A DNA stretch of 62,494 bases, the filler included, from Globobulimina sp. (lineage: Eukaryota): the NCBI GenBank assembly GCA_003354225.1. It is 21 parts of 21 records of this genome, joined end to end, with 100 filler letters (N's around TTAATTAATTAA, not from the genome) between each part and the next. Parts side by side here need not be neighbours in the genome. Positions count along the whole stretch, not along the records: positions 11,933 to 14,815 come from PIVH01004506.1; positions 14,916 to 17,798 come from PIVH01004507.1; positions 17,899 to 20,780 come from PIVH01004508.1; positions 20,881 to 23,762 come from PIVH01004509.1; positions 23,863 to 26,743 come from PIVH01004510.1; 16 more parts are not named here. One strand, written 5' to 3'. Every line of letters starts with the position of its first letter. Position 1 is the stretch's first letter. Of the stretch, positions 13,160 through 24,427 are shown piece by piece. The translations under genes and the position numbers were made by a program. Below the pieces are notes generated by a model, which saw nothing but the letters and a program-made list of their open reading frames with translations, was not told where the DNA came from and searched no databases.

Positions 13160-14815
13160 TTAATCCTCATCGGTTAGCAATTTAATATCATCCGAACTCA
13201 CCGGAACTAATTTCTCATGATCGCCATACCGAACATTGACCACTTCATAAGTCGGTACAACGTCAATCACCACGCCAGCAATCCACGTTTGTTTACTATT
13301 GGACCACACTTTGACTTTAGTCCCTTTTTTATACTTTGCCAATTTTGGAGATAACTGCTGTACCTCTCTCAAATCAGGAGACCATCGATCCACATATTTG
13401 CTAAAATCTTTATCATCATTGTTGGTATAAAAAACGCGAAAAATATCAACCGGTTGGTTCTCTTTGGCGGATAATACCTCTTCGATCCTCCCCTGACACC
13501 AAATGTGCTGTCCATGCGAGTACACTTCGATTTCGTTATCCTTCTTCCATTCACGTCGATTCTCAATAAATTGTTGCGTTGATTTTACTAAATCGTCTTG
13601 GTAGCGATCTAATGTCTTTCTCATTTGTTGTGTGGGCGGTCCATACGTGATGGTTAACGTATCATTGTTTACCTCGACTACGGTTCCTGTACCGTCAAAA
13701 AGTATACACACGCCATCATTTTAAGTAAAGTCAAGTAAAAAAACTTTTTTTTTGAAAAATACCTTGCTGCCATCCTCCCAATGTCGCACTATAAATTTCC
13801 ACTTTAGTTCCACGAGTCCACGCTCTCCGGTCAGGTTGGTCATCTTTGATAAATTCCCGATGCTTTTCATTCTCAAACTGATATAAATACTTCTCACTAT
13901 CACTGAACACTGCATCGCCGGCCTTGTTACTGCCGTTGTCATTATTCACCGACGCAATGAGTCGAATATATTGATACTTTACTAAGTCATTACAACGTAC
14001 ATTAATATCCTTGTCATTCATTTGCGCGACGTGTTGCTTCAGATGTTTCTTGACGTGGCGCATCAACTCCTTCCCACTAAAACCGCGAATCGGTTCATTA
14101 TTCGCATCGGCGATGGTTTTGACATCGATTTTATGCAAAGTCTTCCATAAATCGCGTGCAAATTCGTGTATTTGCTTCTCTTCCACGCTCATTATCGGTG
14201 GATGATCGCCAGAGGGACTGACATGCGGTAATCCCACTGCTTCATTCTCTTTTTTGCTATGATTATTTGGCGGCGATAACTGTCGAATGTCACGCAATGA
14301 TACAAAGATACGCGAATGTGGCGGCTGTAAGAATTTGACGTACACATTCTGCTGAACACTGTCTACTTTCTCCACCTCTGCCTCCACCCATTTATTGCTC
14401 GTACGGTCAAATACTTTGACACATGATCCAATGGCGATTTTTGGCCCTCTCTGTATACATAATAACATATACAGTGCGAGGATAATATCATAGATTACAT
14501 ACATGCGAGTCAGCATTGCTTGGCACGTTGCTCGGTACCGAAGACACATTATCGTCGTGATCACCAAAATCAATCTCCTGATAGCCAGTCATAGCGCCAT
14601 TCACATCATTCGGCGCATTGTGCATATCATTGGGCGACGGGCCGGGTATATTATGTATAAATTCCAACGGCAATTCATCGTAATTGCTACCGGTCTGGGT
14701 ATGGTTGTGTATGCTGGACGGCACACCATTGGTTGTTACGGTATGTGCGCTCACTGCGTTGTCCATATTCATCTGGTTCATGTTATGCATACTGCCCGTC
14801 CCGCCATAGGGCACT
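13160..14815 (-). CDS. Multi Tudor/Agenet-like plus DEP-like domain protein (5'-truncated); introns 14451-14502 and 13687-13762
   Basis: Repeated G.KV.V.S....W..G.V units and GFSGKELM..CNDLVKYQYI (DEP-like); GT-AG introns join three track ORFs in frame. Confidence 0.65.
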
Positions 14816-14915
14816 NNNNNNNNNNNNNNNNNNNNNNNNNNNNNNNNNNNNNNNNNNNNTTAATTAATTAANNNNNNNNNNNNNNNNNNNNNNNNNNNNN
14901 NNNNNNNNNNNNNNN

Positions 14916-15049
14916 TCAAAATAGACGCTATGTGTTATCTTTTCCAATTCGGGATCATTTTTACCTGCTGAACTACCTAAATTATTGAACCAATAATACA
15001 TTCCGATAACCACCAAAATCACTACGATTACATAAATATATTGCTCCAT
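14916..15049 (-). CDS. N-terminus of a signal-anchored protein (truncated)
   Basis: MEQYIYVIVVILVVIGMYYW, divergent from the PH gene. Confidence 0.45.
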
Positions 15050-15107
15050 TTTGTTTTGTAGCCAGTATTAAAATACAAAAAACCACTCAAAAAACATCAA
15101 GAAACCA

Positions 15108-15885
15108 ATGGGGCTTTCAAGCAGCAACTTTAATTTTATAGATGTAAATGCAGCAACTATCAAAGAGGGATATTTGATGAAGCAATCAAAACATTGTAAG
15201 CAATATAGAAAACGTTGGATGTCTTTAAAAGAAACACTAATATTCATATCGCGCAAAAAGCCATTTGACAAACAATCAACCGAAGAATTTGATTTATTGA
15301 AATATTATGAAATCCGATCGAGAAATTTCATCCACAAAATTTCAAATAATATCAGCTAAATTAAATAGTGAACGGACATTCAAAGCAGAAACAAATTCAG
15401 AAATGTTAGAATGGATTAAAACACTTAAAAAAATTATTGCTGACTCTCGAGATGCTGCAGAAGCGTACGAAGAGGCTCGCATTGCAAAACAAAAAAAGAG
15501 AGTGAGAGCACGGCGTACATCAAAGAAGACGAAGCGTCGTAAATCGCGGAGTGATGATTATCACAGCAATGTGTTAAGAGATGATTATTGCAGCAGTAGC
15601 AATGAGCATCATTCTGGCGATGCACATAACGGTCATGACAGCAAACATGATGTTGCAGATAAGGATGTTGGTGAGGTTCGTAGTGGTGGTACAACAACAA
15701 CAACCACAACAACCGCAACCGCAACAACTACAGATACACATTTTGGTGGTTATAGCAGTTATCGGGGAAGTAATTATGGTGCCAGTAATTATAGCAGTTA
15801 TGGAGGTGGTTATAGTAGTTATGGAGGCGGTGGATGTGATTATGGAGGAGGTGGCAGTTGTGGTGGTGGTGGTGACTGTGATTGA
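15108..15885 (+). CDS. N-myristoylation-motif PH-domain protein with Gly/Tyr/Ser-rich tail; frameshift at ~15315-15322
   Basis: MGLSSS; IKEGYLMKQS..YRKRW in frame 1 continues as KFQII..RTFKAET.SEMLEWI in frame 2. Confidence 0.7.
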
Positions 15886-16077
15886 TAAATAATTAATTGT
15901 CACTGACATGTAATTTTAAATAATATAATAAATATCCGGTGTAAACTAATGTAGTTTGTCGTCGTTGGACTAGCCAACAAACCACATTTCATTTACGATC
16001 GACTGTGAATTTTATAGTAAGTTTTTGAATTACTACAAATAAAACATTTCGTATTTTCGTAACAATATGTTGCGGCA

Positions 16078-17049
16078 CTACCGATAAAACATTAATGTTA
16101 TATTTGATAAATCATTGACAGGCATTGTATTTTGCCATTTATACTTTTTCTGTATAGCGCGTACATATCCATTTACAAGGCAATGTTTTTGATTTTTATT
16201 TAATTGAATAAACTCAATCAATGCCTCTTTTAACTCGTTAAATTTTTCTTCAATTTTATGGTTTAAATCAAATACTTTGGCCACAACAATTTTGAATATT
16301 TTCTTCACATTAATACCTTTCGAACAACTGCAATATATCAATGGACACCGCATTTTTAACGCAAATTTGCGGGCTTGTTTGGAAATATTCATTTTGATGT
16401 TTTTATCCATTTCTTGGTATAAATCATATTTATTACCGACCAAAATGGGCATAAATACTTTATTTTCTTTCCTTGCTTCTTTGTACCATTTCTTTACTGA
16501 AAATAGAGTCGTTTTTTGAGTTAAATCAAATAAAAATATGATACATTTTGCATCTGAACAAACTAACGGCAGCATAGATTTATATGTGCATCCACCTCTG
16601 ATCCAAATCGATATGATAACATTTACATTTTTCAAATGGATTGTTTTTTCCATGAAATTAACACCTAACGTTTCTACATAATCCTCATCGAATTTGTTTT
16701 CAACATATTTAATCATCAAAGATTTAGAACCAACTTGGGAATCTCCTAAAAACCCTATTTTCAAAACTATCTTTTCTTTTCTTTTCTCATTAGGGAATAT
16801 GTTGTTGATTTGCTTTGCAATTGATTTTGCAGATAAAATGTTGTTTATTATATCCACTTTGTTCATATTGTGACAATATGCAATGTTTTTATACTTGCAA
16901 ATTTTTTGAATGTCATTGTTTGAAAGTATTAATAGTAGTTTACGTAATGAACGATGATCAAGTGACCAATCAACATGATCAAGTGACATGATGAGCAAGT
17001 GATATTTAATAAATGTTTTTCTACAGAAACGGTCTAAATATCTCGACAA
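16078..17049 (-). CDS. Spg1/Tem1-like small GTPase with degenerate G1/G3 motifs
   Basis: YVETLGVNFMEKTI, MLPLVCSDA..I.F.FDLT, WYKEARKENK..PILVGNKYD; start codon uncertain. Confidence 0.85.
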   Translation of the reverse strand: MSRYLDRFCRKTFIKYHLLIMSLDHVDWSLDHRSLRKLLLILSNNDIQKICKYKNIAYCHNMNKVDIINNILSAKSIAKQINNIFPNEKRKEKIVLKIGFLGDSQVGSKSLMIKYVENKFDEDYVETLGVNFMEKTIHLKNVNVIISIWIRGGCTYKSMLPLVCSDAKCIIFLFDLTQKTTLFSVKKWYKEARKENKVFMPILVGNKYDLYQEMDKNIKMNISKQARKFALKMRCPLIYCSCSKGINVKKIFKIVVAKVFDLNHKIEEKFNELKEALIEFIQLNKNQKHCLVNGYVRAIQKKYKWQNTMPVNDLSNITLMFYR

Positions 17050-17103
17050 TTACATTGTAATCAATAAAGACATACTAAACACTCAACAAATTACAGTATT
17101 AAT

Positions 17104-17798
17104 TTATTGTGTAGACAGTTGAACTGTTTCTTCTTCATTTTGTAATATCGCATTAATTTGCTCTTGTTTCTTGATAATTTTCTTTTTTGTAATAGCCACA
17201 AAACAGTTATAACAGCACAAATGACATTTATTACAACACAAATGATATAAATCCAAATTAAAATTAAAATTTAAGTACAATGTAACTGCGACAACAGCTC
17301 CATAAATGGCTTTAATCATATTTGCATATGCTAGAAAATACAAATCAGCTTCACTCAAAAGCTCAATATTGCTGCCATAAATTATTGAAATGTAAAAAAT
17401 AACATCAAATAACAAAGCAATGCTCGATAATATTGTATGTCGAGTAATTACTGTAATTATTTTTATTTGTTGCTCATTTAAGTTATCCTCTTTGTAATAA
17501 TCCATCGCATAATCAACAGTGCAATCTAACATAGTTTCTTGTAATTTGTATACAAATAAGGATAATAAAGCAGTATTTAACAAAAAATCATTCACTAAAA
17601 TCAAAATAAATGAAACATTCAAATATTCATAAAAATCCGCAATTGTTATAAAGTCATGAATCATTCCAATTGTTACTGTATAAAATACCAAACTCAATGC
17701 TTGCAAAACCATCAAAGTGCACACAAAAAATACTGTAACGCGACTTATTGGCATTGAGGTTAAAGTTATTTCAAATGCGTTAACAAAAAAGTAAAAAT
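17104..17798 (-). CDS. Multi-pass (7TM-like) membrane protein, C-terminal part
   Basis: Four hydrophobic helices and a Cys-rich tail (Y..CC..CH.CC). Confidence 0.5.
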
Positions 17799-18813
17799 NN
17801 NNNNNNNNNNNNNNNNNNNNNNNNNNNNNNNNNNNNNNNNNNTTAATTAATTAANNNNNNNNNNNNNNNNNNNNNNNNNNNNNNNNNNNNNNNNNNNNCC
17901 ATTGCTCTCCTAAATCATTATAACGTTTATCAAACATAAACCAATCAAATTCTTTTCGCTTTGTAACCCAGGATAACTTTTTCATTTTTAATACAAGTTT
18001 CAATTTTTATGTCTGGTTTTTTGTTTTGTTGTACTCAGTTAAATTGTTGTACGTTGAATTATTTATCATCATACACTTAATTTAACCAATTTATTGGTTT
18101 CTTATTATTCATTTTTTCTTTTATGCAATTTATTAATTTTTATTGATTGTTTGTCAATTTCTTTTTTACTCAAAGTTTTTATTTGCTTTTGTTTTGTTTT
18201 TTATTCGCACAAAGCTTTGTTATTTAATCCTTTTAACCAACACCTGACACTTTTATGTCGTGGTTCTATGTTGGATCCGTTTAATTAAACTTATGGAGTT
18301 ATAATACTCCCTTCTTGGCAAATACTGAATACATTTACATCTTTAGTAAGAATGCCATTAATACATGGAGTGATGGAGATCTTCTTTTGAAAACATACAT
18401 GAACAAATATGTTTTATTTTATTTTCTAGAGAGTTTTATTTTCCATCTGAGCATGGATCGAGAAAAAAAATTGGTATAAAGACCTGAAAAATATAACATA
18501 TTTTAATTTTTAATCAAAAACAAAAGCAACAAAATTATTAAACAACAAAAATGATATAAATTTAGTGCCATAAAAAAGGCTCTTAAAAAAAAAAGTGACA
18601 TTTGTTTTTTTTGCCTTACTAAAGGCTCTTAAAAAAAAAGTGACAAATAAAAACAAAATGTGCGCTTTTAAGATCGACACCAAACTGAAATGAAAACATG
18701 AACCAAACAAATTAGAAAATAATAATATTTAAATGATATTATATAATCACTAGAATTACTCACTGTTATACACTAACACAATATAAAAATTGAAGCATAA
18801 TCAACATGTCCAT

Positions 18814-20780
18814 TTATTCTAAATCATGTTGTTTCCTTTCAATCTGTATAAACTGAGCCAATTTCCCCACAACCTGCGCCGCTTTGGGTCTTTCCTCCAC
18901 ATTTTTGTGCCAACACAACTTCATTAAATTCTGGATCTTTTCCGGTATAAAGGCGTAAGACTGCGGCCTCCTCTCCTTCACCAACACATGAATGGCAGTA
19001 TCGACTGGGTCCACATCGGGATACGGCTCCTGCCCCGTTATGATTTCCCACATCGTGATGCCAAACGCATAGATATCCGATGCACAGCTCATCGCATTGC
19101 TGTCCTCAATCAGTTCCGGCGACATCCACTTCAACGGCCCCAACGAAGACCGATAAGTCTCCAACTCGTCGCCAGTCAAAATCTGCTGAATGGCATAATC
19201 TGTGATCACCACACGTATATCCGAGATATTATAATGACTGCCCCGCACCCTATTGCTCAGAGTCTCCATCAACAAGTTCTGACACGTAATCTCCGCGTGA
19301 ATGATGCCCAATTTATGCAAATGTTGCAGGCCTTTGGCGGCTTGCAACGTAATCTCGATGCGGTCCAATATCGATATGGAAGTACTGCCGGGTCGACTGC
19401 GCCGCACATAGTTCTTCACCGAGCCGCGGTTCATGTACTCCGTCAACAATGTAAAGGGTTTATTGGCGATGGCCAAGGTTCGAATTACGTTCATATGTGG
19501 TTCTTTTTTGAGCAATAATAAGTATTTGGATATGTATTCTTTGGATTTCTTACTGTCGATGTTCAACACTGTGAACCTTTTAGCGGCCACTTCCTTGTCT
19601 TGCCAGCGTGCTTTGAATACTTTGCTCGAACTGCCTTTCCCGATTTCGGTGTCGTACTGGATCTCATGATGACCGATGATGCGAATCTGGCTGTCGTCAT
19701 AATGGTCGCCGTTTGGATTGGCAAAGTCTGGATATTCTGCAGCGTCGTAATAATTGATATACATTTGTTGTGGGTGTGGCTGCATTTGCAATGGTGGCTG
19801 GCTGTTGATACCGTAATATTGATTCCAATAATTGGTGTAATCGGTGTTCAATTTCTGGTCATTCACATCGAAATTCATCAATGTGTGTTGTAGCTCGTCT
19901 GTGCCGGTGGCGGTATGTGGTTGAAAGGGATAGATCACATCGCTTTGATTTAACGGCATGCCATAGTCGTACATGGTAGTAATGGGTGTAAGATGTGCGT
20001 TTGCCGCATGCGACGACGTAGTCATATATCCATTGCGTAATGCAGCCCTATGCTGAGGTGCTGGCACAGCACTAAACGAACTAAATGGTGTATTCCTGGT
20101 TTGTGTCAGCATTGGATCTACAATTACTGATGAATTACGTGCACGATCTTTAATATCATAGTATTTGTAGACAGTGCAAGGATAAAAAAGAAGAAAGGTG
20201 CAAGGATGTAGTACCTGTAGTTGTTATATGCGGCGGACCATAATGTCCATTGTGATGGTTATAGGATACTGATTGTGTCTGTGGTGTATGCGAGACATTA
20301 TTATTATTATTGTCGTTGTGCAGTGCACCTTGAAACGCGACAATCATAGCATCGGGCTGAGCGCCTCTGTTTTCTGCACCATTGCCGGCCATAGGTTGGT
20401 TGAATTGGGTTGGTTTATTGCTACGACTGTAGGCTAAAACTGGTAATGGTCGATGTTTCATATTCTGATATTGATTATTTGCAGTTATATATCCTCGTTT
20501 GTTGTGTGTGACACGTTGCTGTTGTTGCTGTTGCTGATGTTGCTGTTGTTGTACATGCGGCTGTGGATAAGGTATATGGTGATGCGTGGCCATGGCAGTG
20601 CTTCCATCAGTTGTATTATTATTATCTCTCTCGATGGTATCAGATTGCGCTCTCACTGTTCGTGCCTTTTTATTGTTGCTTTTGTTGGCGAGGCGCGGTG
20701 AATCTGATGCAGGATGTTTGTATTTATTACCTTTGCATTGGCATATTATAATTACTACGCAAATTACAACACATGTGGCT
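18814..20780 (-). CDS. Receptor-like TKL-family pseudokinase (5'-truncated); intron 20148-20214
   Basis: TM remnant ATCVVICVVIIICQCK at the contig edge, Q/N-rich linker, kinase domain GKGSSSKV, VAAK, GPLKWMSPE, SDIYAFGITMWE. Confidence 0.8.
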
Positions 20781-20886
20781 NNNNNNNNNNNNNNNNNNNN
20801 NNNNNNNNNNNNNNNNNNNNNNNNTTAATTAATTAANNNNNNNNNNNNNNNNNNNNNNNNNNNNNNNNNNNNNNNNNNNNTGACAC

Positions 20887-21009
20887 CAGGACTTTTGCAA
20901 AATGCCAAGGTTTCGGTTCGCGGTAGCGAGTATACAGTAGAGACGACGCGTTTTTCTGAAAACTGAACACTCAAAACTGCACACCACAGGGCTTTTTGCA
21001 AAAGTCCTG
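20887..21009. mobile_element. 123-bp bacterial MITE-like element
   Basis: 20-bp terminal inverted repeats CAGGACTTTTGCAAAA(T/A)GCC at 20887-20906 and 20990-21009 with one mismatch; no ORF inside. Confidence 0.6.
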
Positions 21010-21273
21010 TTAACACCATACAAAGCCTCCAGAAATGGCTTGACGTTGTTCAGTTGAGACTTAATGTGGTCCGAGCACGTTAAACTTCGATATCATCGGA
21101 TTTCCCTGGATATCGATCAATATTGCGCTTATTGTCAGTTTCAATAAATTGGACAGCGCGGACATCTTGCTGTATGAGTCTGTCAAGGGGCGTGCAAAGG
21201 GAGAATGGCATAGATGACCGGAAGTTACACTTTCGGCGAAAGGGTGTGGACAACCCAAGAAAGGAGTCACCCC

Positions 21274-21387
21274 ATGGGCGACAAGAAGGGCAAGAAGGAT
21301 AAGGCTAAAGAGCAGAGACAGCAGGCTTCCAAACAGGCAAAAGCCTCAAAACAGAAGCAGGACAAACAGAAACCCCGGACCCCTTAA
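21274..21387 (+). CDS. 37-aa Lys/Gln-rich bacterial microprotein (integron cassette ORF)
   Basis: AAGGAG upstream of ATG; MGDKKGKKDKAKEQRQQASKQAKASKQKQDKQKPRTP*. Confidence 0.7.
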   Translation: MGDKKGKKDKAKEQRQQASKQAKASKQKQDKQKPRTP

Positions 21388-21393
21388 ACATAG

Positions 21394-21473
21394 GGCCAAC
21401 AAGCCGAGTCCACCGTACCACTGAAGCCGCGCCGATCGCGTCTTCCAGTGTTAGGTGACTCGCAACGTTGACA
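21394..21473 (+). other. Integron attC recombination site (80 bp)
   Basis: R'' GGCCAAC ... R' GTTGACA. Arms pair CAAC/GTTG, CGAGTC(C)ACC/GGTGACTCG with one extrahelical base, CACTG/CAGTG and CGCG/CGCG. Starts 6 nt after the stop; next ATG at 21484. Confidence 0.75.
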
Positions 21474-21650
21474 GGGAATCACAATGCAATCACAGAACAC
21501 AGACAAAAAGAATATCCACTTGCCACTGGCGTTTTCATTCAACCTGTTTTCCATCAATGAAGTGTATCGTAACCTCTTGATATTTCAACGTCTTAATGGT
21601 ATGGTACAATTACAATTCAGAGGAGCTTTATTTTTTTTGTACCGGACGCA

Positions 21651-22358
21651 ATGGACAATCCGTTGCCCGATGAAGTAAATAGTCCTGAGGCAGGATTTAA
21701 ATCGGCTTTTAATGATATAAAATATGATGAAGATATGGGCACTGTGGCGGCCATCATTGCTGCCAATGATAATTTAATTAATAGTATGGATATGAGTGCC
21801 TATGGCAATAATAAAGAGAAGAATGTTGGTGGTAAAAATATTGATAATAAGAGAGTGAGTTTGCAGGAAGCCGCAGCACCAAAGAATCAATATGGCAAAC
21901 GAGGAAATGCAGTGGTATTGGATGAGAATGTAGAAGCGCACGATTCTGACGATTCCGATGGTTTTGCCGCAAATTTCAATAATATTGTAATACCGGATAG
22001 TCATAAGAATGAAACAACAAATACAGAGTCGCAATTGTATGGATTTATGGCATCACCGAAATTAAAAGCAGCAGCAAAGCATAATAAAAATGAAGAATTG
22101 GATAACATTCATGATAATGTGAAGCAATTAACAATGTTTGGCTTCACTACAGAACAAGTGGAGGATGCATGGCATTTAATGAAACAAACTAAGGAACACA
22201 AGCATATTGTACCCGATCATGGACCGTTATTTGTTGAAACTATGTTGGATTATTTAAATAAAGTACAAAAAAGAAGGAGTAAATCAAAAATAATGAGTGC
22301 ATATAACAATAATAATTCATTTGACAATATAAATAATGATTTTAATTTCCAATTTTGA
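21651..22358 (+). CDS. Eukaryotic hypothetical protein C-terminus with UBA-like motif
   Basis: VKQLTMFGFTTEQVEDAW; the 5' end is joined to bacterial sequence. Confidence 0.5.
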   Translation: MDNPLPDEVNSPEAGFKSAFNDIKYDEDMGTVAAIIAANDNLINSMDMSAYGNNKEKNVGGKNIDNKRVSLQEAAAPKNQYGKRGNAVVLDENVEAHDSDDSDGFAANFNNIVIPDSHKNETTNTESQLYGFMASPKLKAAAKHNKNEELDNIHDNVKQLTMFGFTTEQVEDAWHLMKQTKEHKHIVPDHGPLFVETMLDYLNKVQKRRSKSKIMSAYNNNNSFDNINNDFNFQF

Positions 22359-22596
22359 ATTTGTACAGTGTTTAATATGTATCATATCTCACTGTTCTGT
22401 TACTTATGTATCCGCCATTTAAGTATTAATCCATTGATTGTTCTTTGTTTTTTTTTTAACTTTTTTTTTTGTGTGTGTTTTTTTTTATTTTTATTGTTTT
22501 TAGGTCGAATGGGTGCAGATAATTTTCCTCATTAAAAGGAAACATAGAGAAAGGTAAACAACCGGCTCGTTTTAAATAAAGTTTAAATATATACAA

Positions 22597-23762
22597 TCAT
22601 TCTGCATATTTGTGATACAAATGACTGAATAAAGTCTGATTTTCCTTGTCAATTATTTGCACTTTAAACATGTTTCTGTATATAGTTATTTTCCCAAAAC
22701 TCTGTTCTTCTCCACCAGCAATCTTATGCAAAGGTAAATCTTTATTAAAATAGTGATTATGTCTGCCAGTGCTTCCAGTCACTATGCTCAATAACTTGAT
22801 TTTGCCGTTTTTATCCATAATATTACAAACCCTCCAAATATGATAATGTGATGACCAGAAATATACATCATCACATTATCATATTTTAGCAATAACCTCA
22901 GCATTTTTTCCATTTTATGGTTCCAAGCTCTCTCTCGTTGCAGCTCCTCAAATGTATACATATTTGGACTATTTCTTTTGTTTTGCTGATTAGAGTCATT
23001 AGACCTTTTCTGCTTTGTTTGATCAGGAACCTGTTCGAATGGATGATGTCCAAACACAATGATCCAATCATCATTTTTATTAGTTTCCAACACATGCTCC
23101 AACCATTTGTACTGTTCACGTAAATATTCAAAGTGATGATATTGCTTTAAGTAAGAAGTTGTATCCAATGCAATGAATCTAATATTAAATGAAAGCGTAT
23201 CTGTCACGTTATTGTTAAATACAAATCTCACCGTATAATACAATTTCGGTAAACACCAATTGTGACTCCAATAAGTACGGTCAATTTGCGCATTTATATT
23301 TTGTATATCGACAACATTTGACGTGTTTGTCCAATCTTTATTGCCAGCAACAGATAGAAATATTTTATCTTTTGTAAAATGAGAAAACATCGCTTTCCAA
23401 CGATAATGGAATGCATAATTTACATTGTTATCATAAAAATGATCACCTGCTGAGATAATAAAATGCGTGTTCCCCAAATGGGAATTCATGACATTTATTA
23501 ATTGTAATAAAGATTGAACATTTTCATTTTGTACATTTCTGTCCTTAATAATTCCGTAATCACTGAATGTAAGGAATTGTAAAAATGGTACGTGGTCAGA
23601 TATCATCAGATCGATATCACCAATGTTTGATAGTGAATGTGAATAAGCTTCGCGACATTGTATATTTAGTCTTTGGCTGAATAAGTTAAAATTTGATGAC
23701 GATATAGAAGAATATTGATACGGATAAAATGCGTTGGTATTCAATTTGTTTCTATTTGATGC
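22597..23762 (-). CDS. Purple acid phosphatase/TRAP-like metallophosphoesterase; frameshift at ~22849
   Basis: FSDYG, AGDHFY, VAGNKD, FIALDT, VFGHHP and YISGH motifs; the C-terminus (SIVTGSTG) is in a second frame. Confidence 0.75.
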
Positions 23763-23862
23763 NNNNNNNNNNNNNNNNNNNNNNNNNNNNNNNNNNNNNN
23801 NNNNNNTTAATTAATTAANNNNNNNNNNNNNNNNNNNNNNNNNNNNNNNNNNNNNNNNNNNN

Positions 23863-24304
23863 TCACATATTGATAGGCAATGGATTTCTTCCTTGCGTAC
23901 CATGGATTCTCTGCGTCTTCCTTGGCAAATACGGACATGCCTTGTACATGTTCTGATGTTTCTGGCGCGCAGAATTTGTTATAGATTTTGACTGCTACGT
24001 TGTGGCGAGCTGACGGGTCGTTTAATAGCTTAAATGTTTCTACATCGTTTACAAATATGGCTTTATCTACACTGTGTTCGGTGACTAAGTATGTTTGGAT
24101 TAAATATGTACCGACGGGCTCGTGAAAGATTGCGGAAAAAGTCAATAAATCATTCTCTTTTAAATTGCCTTCTAATTCTCCCAATTCTGAATATTTGGGT
24201 AATTTTTTTAATAGTTCTAAATTCCCACCAGCTTGCTTTCCATTTGTGATACGTTCTAAAAATTGTTGATTATGGGCCAATTGCAATATATCATCCACCA
24301 TCAT
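23863..24304 (-). CDS. RGS-homology domain protein N-terminus, GRK-like (3'-truncated)
   Basis: LP.YSEL..L, TFSAIFHEPVGTYL, F..DVE.FK..D...R..VA.KIYNKF. Confidence 0.6.
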
Positions 24305-24427
24305 ATTGACCCGATATTAGTTTGTTTTTCTGATAAAAAAAACAAACGAAAGGAGCAATGCCTTCAAGCAAGCAAGTTTTTCGCTAAATCTTTCCTTTTA
24401 ATATCAATTATCAAGCACTAACCCATC

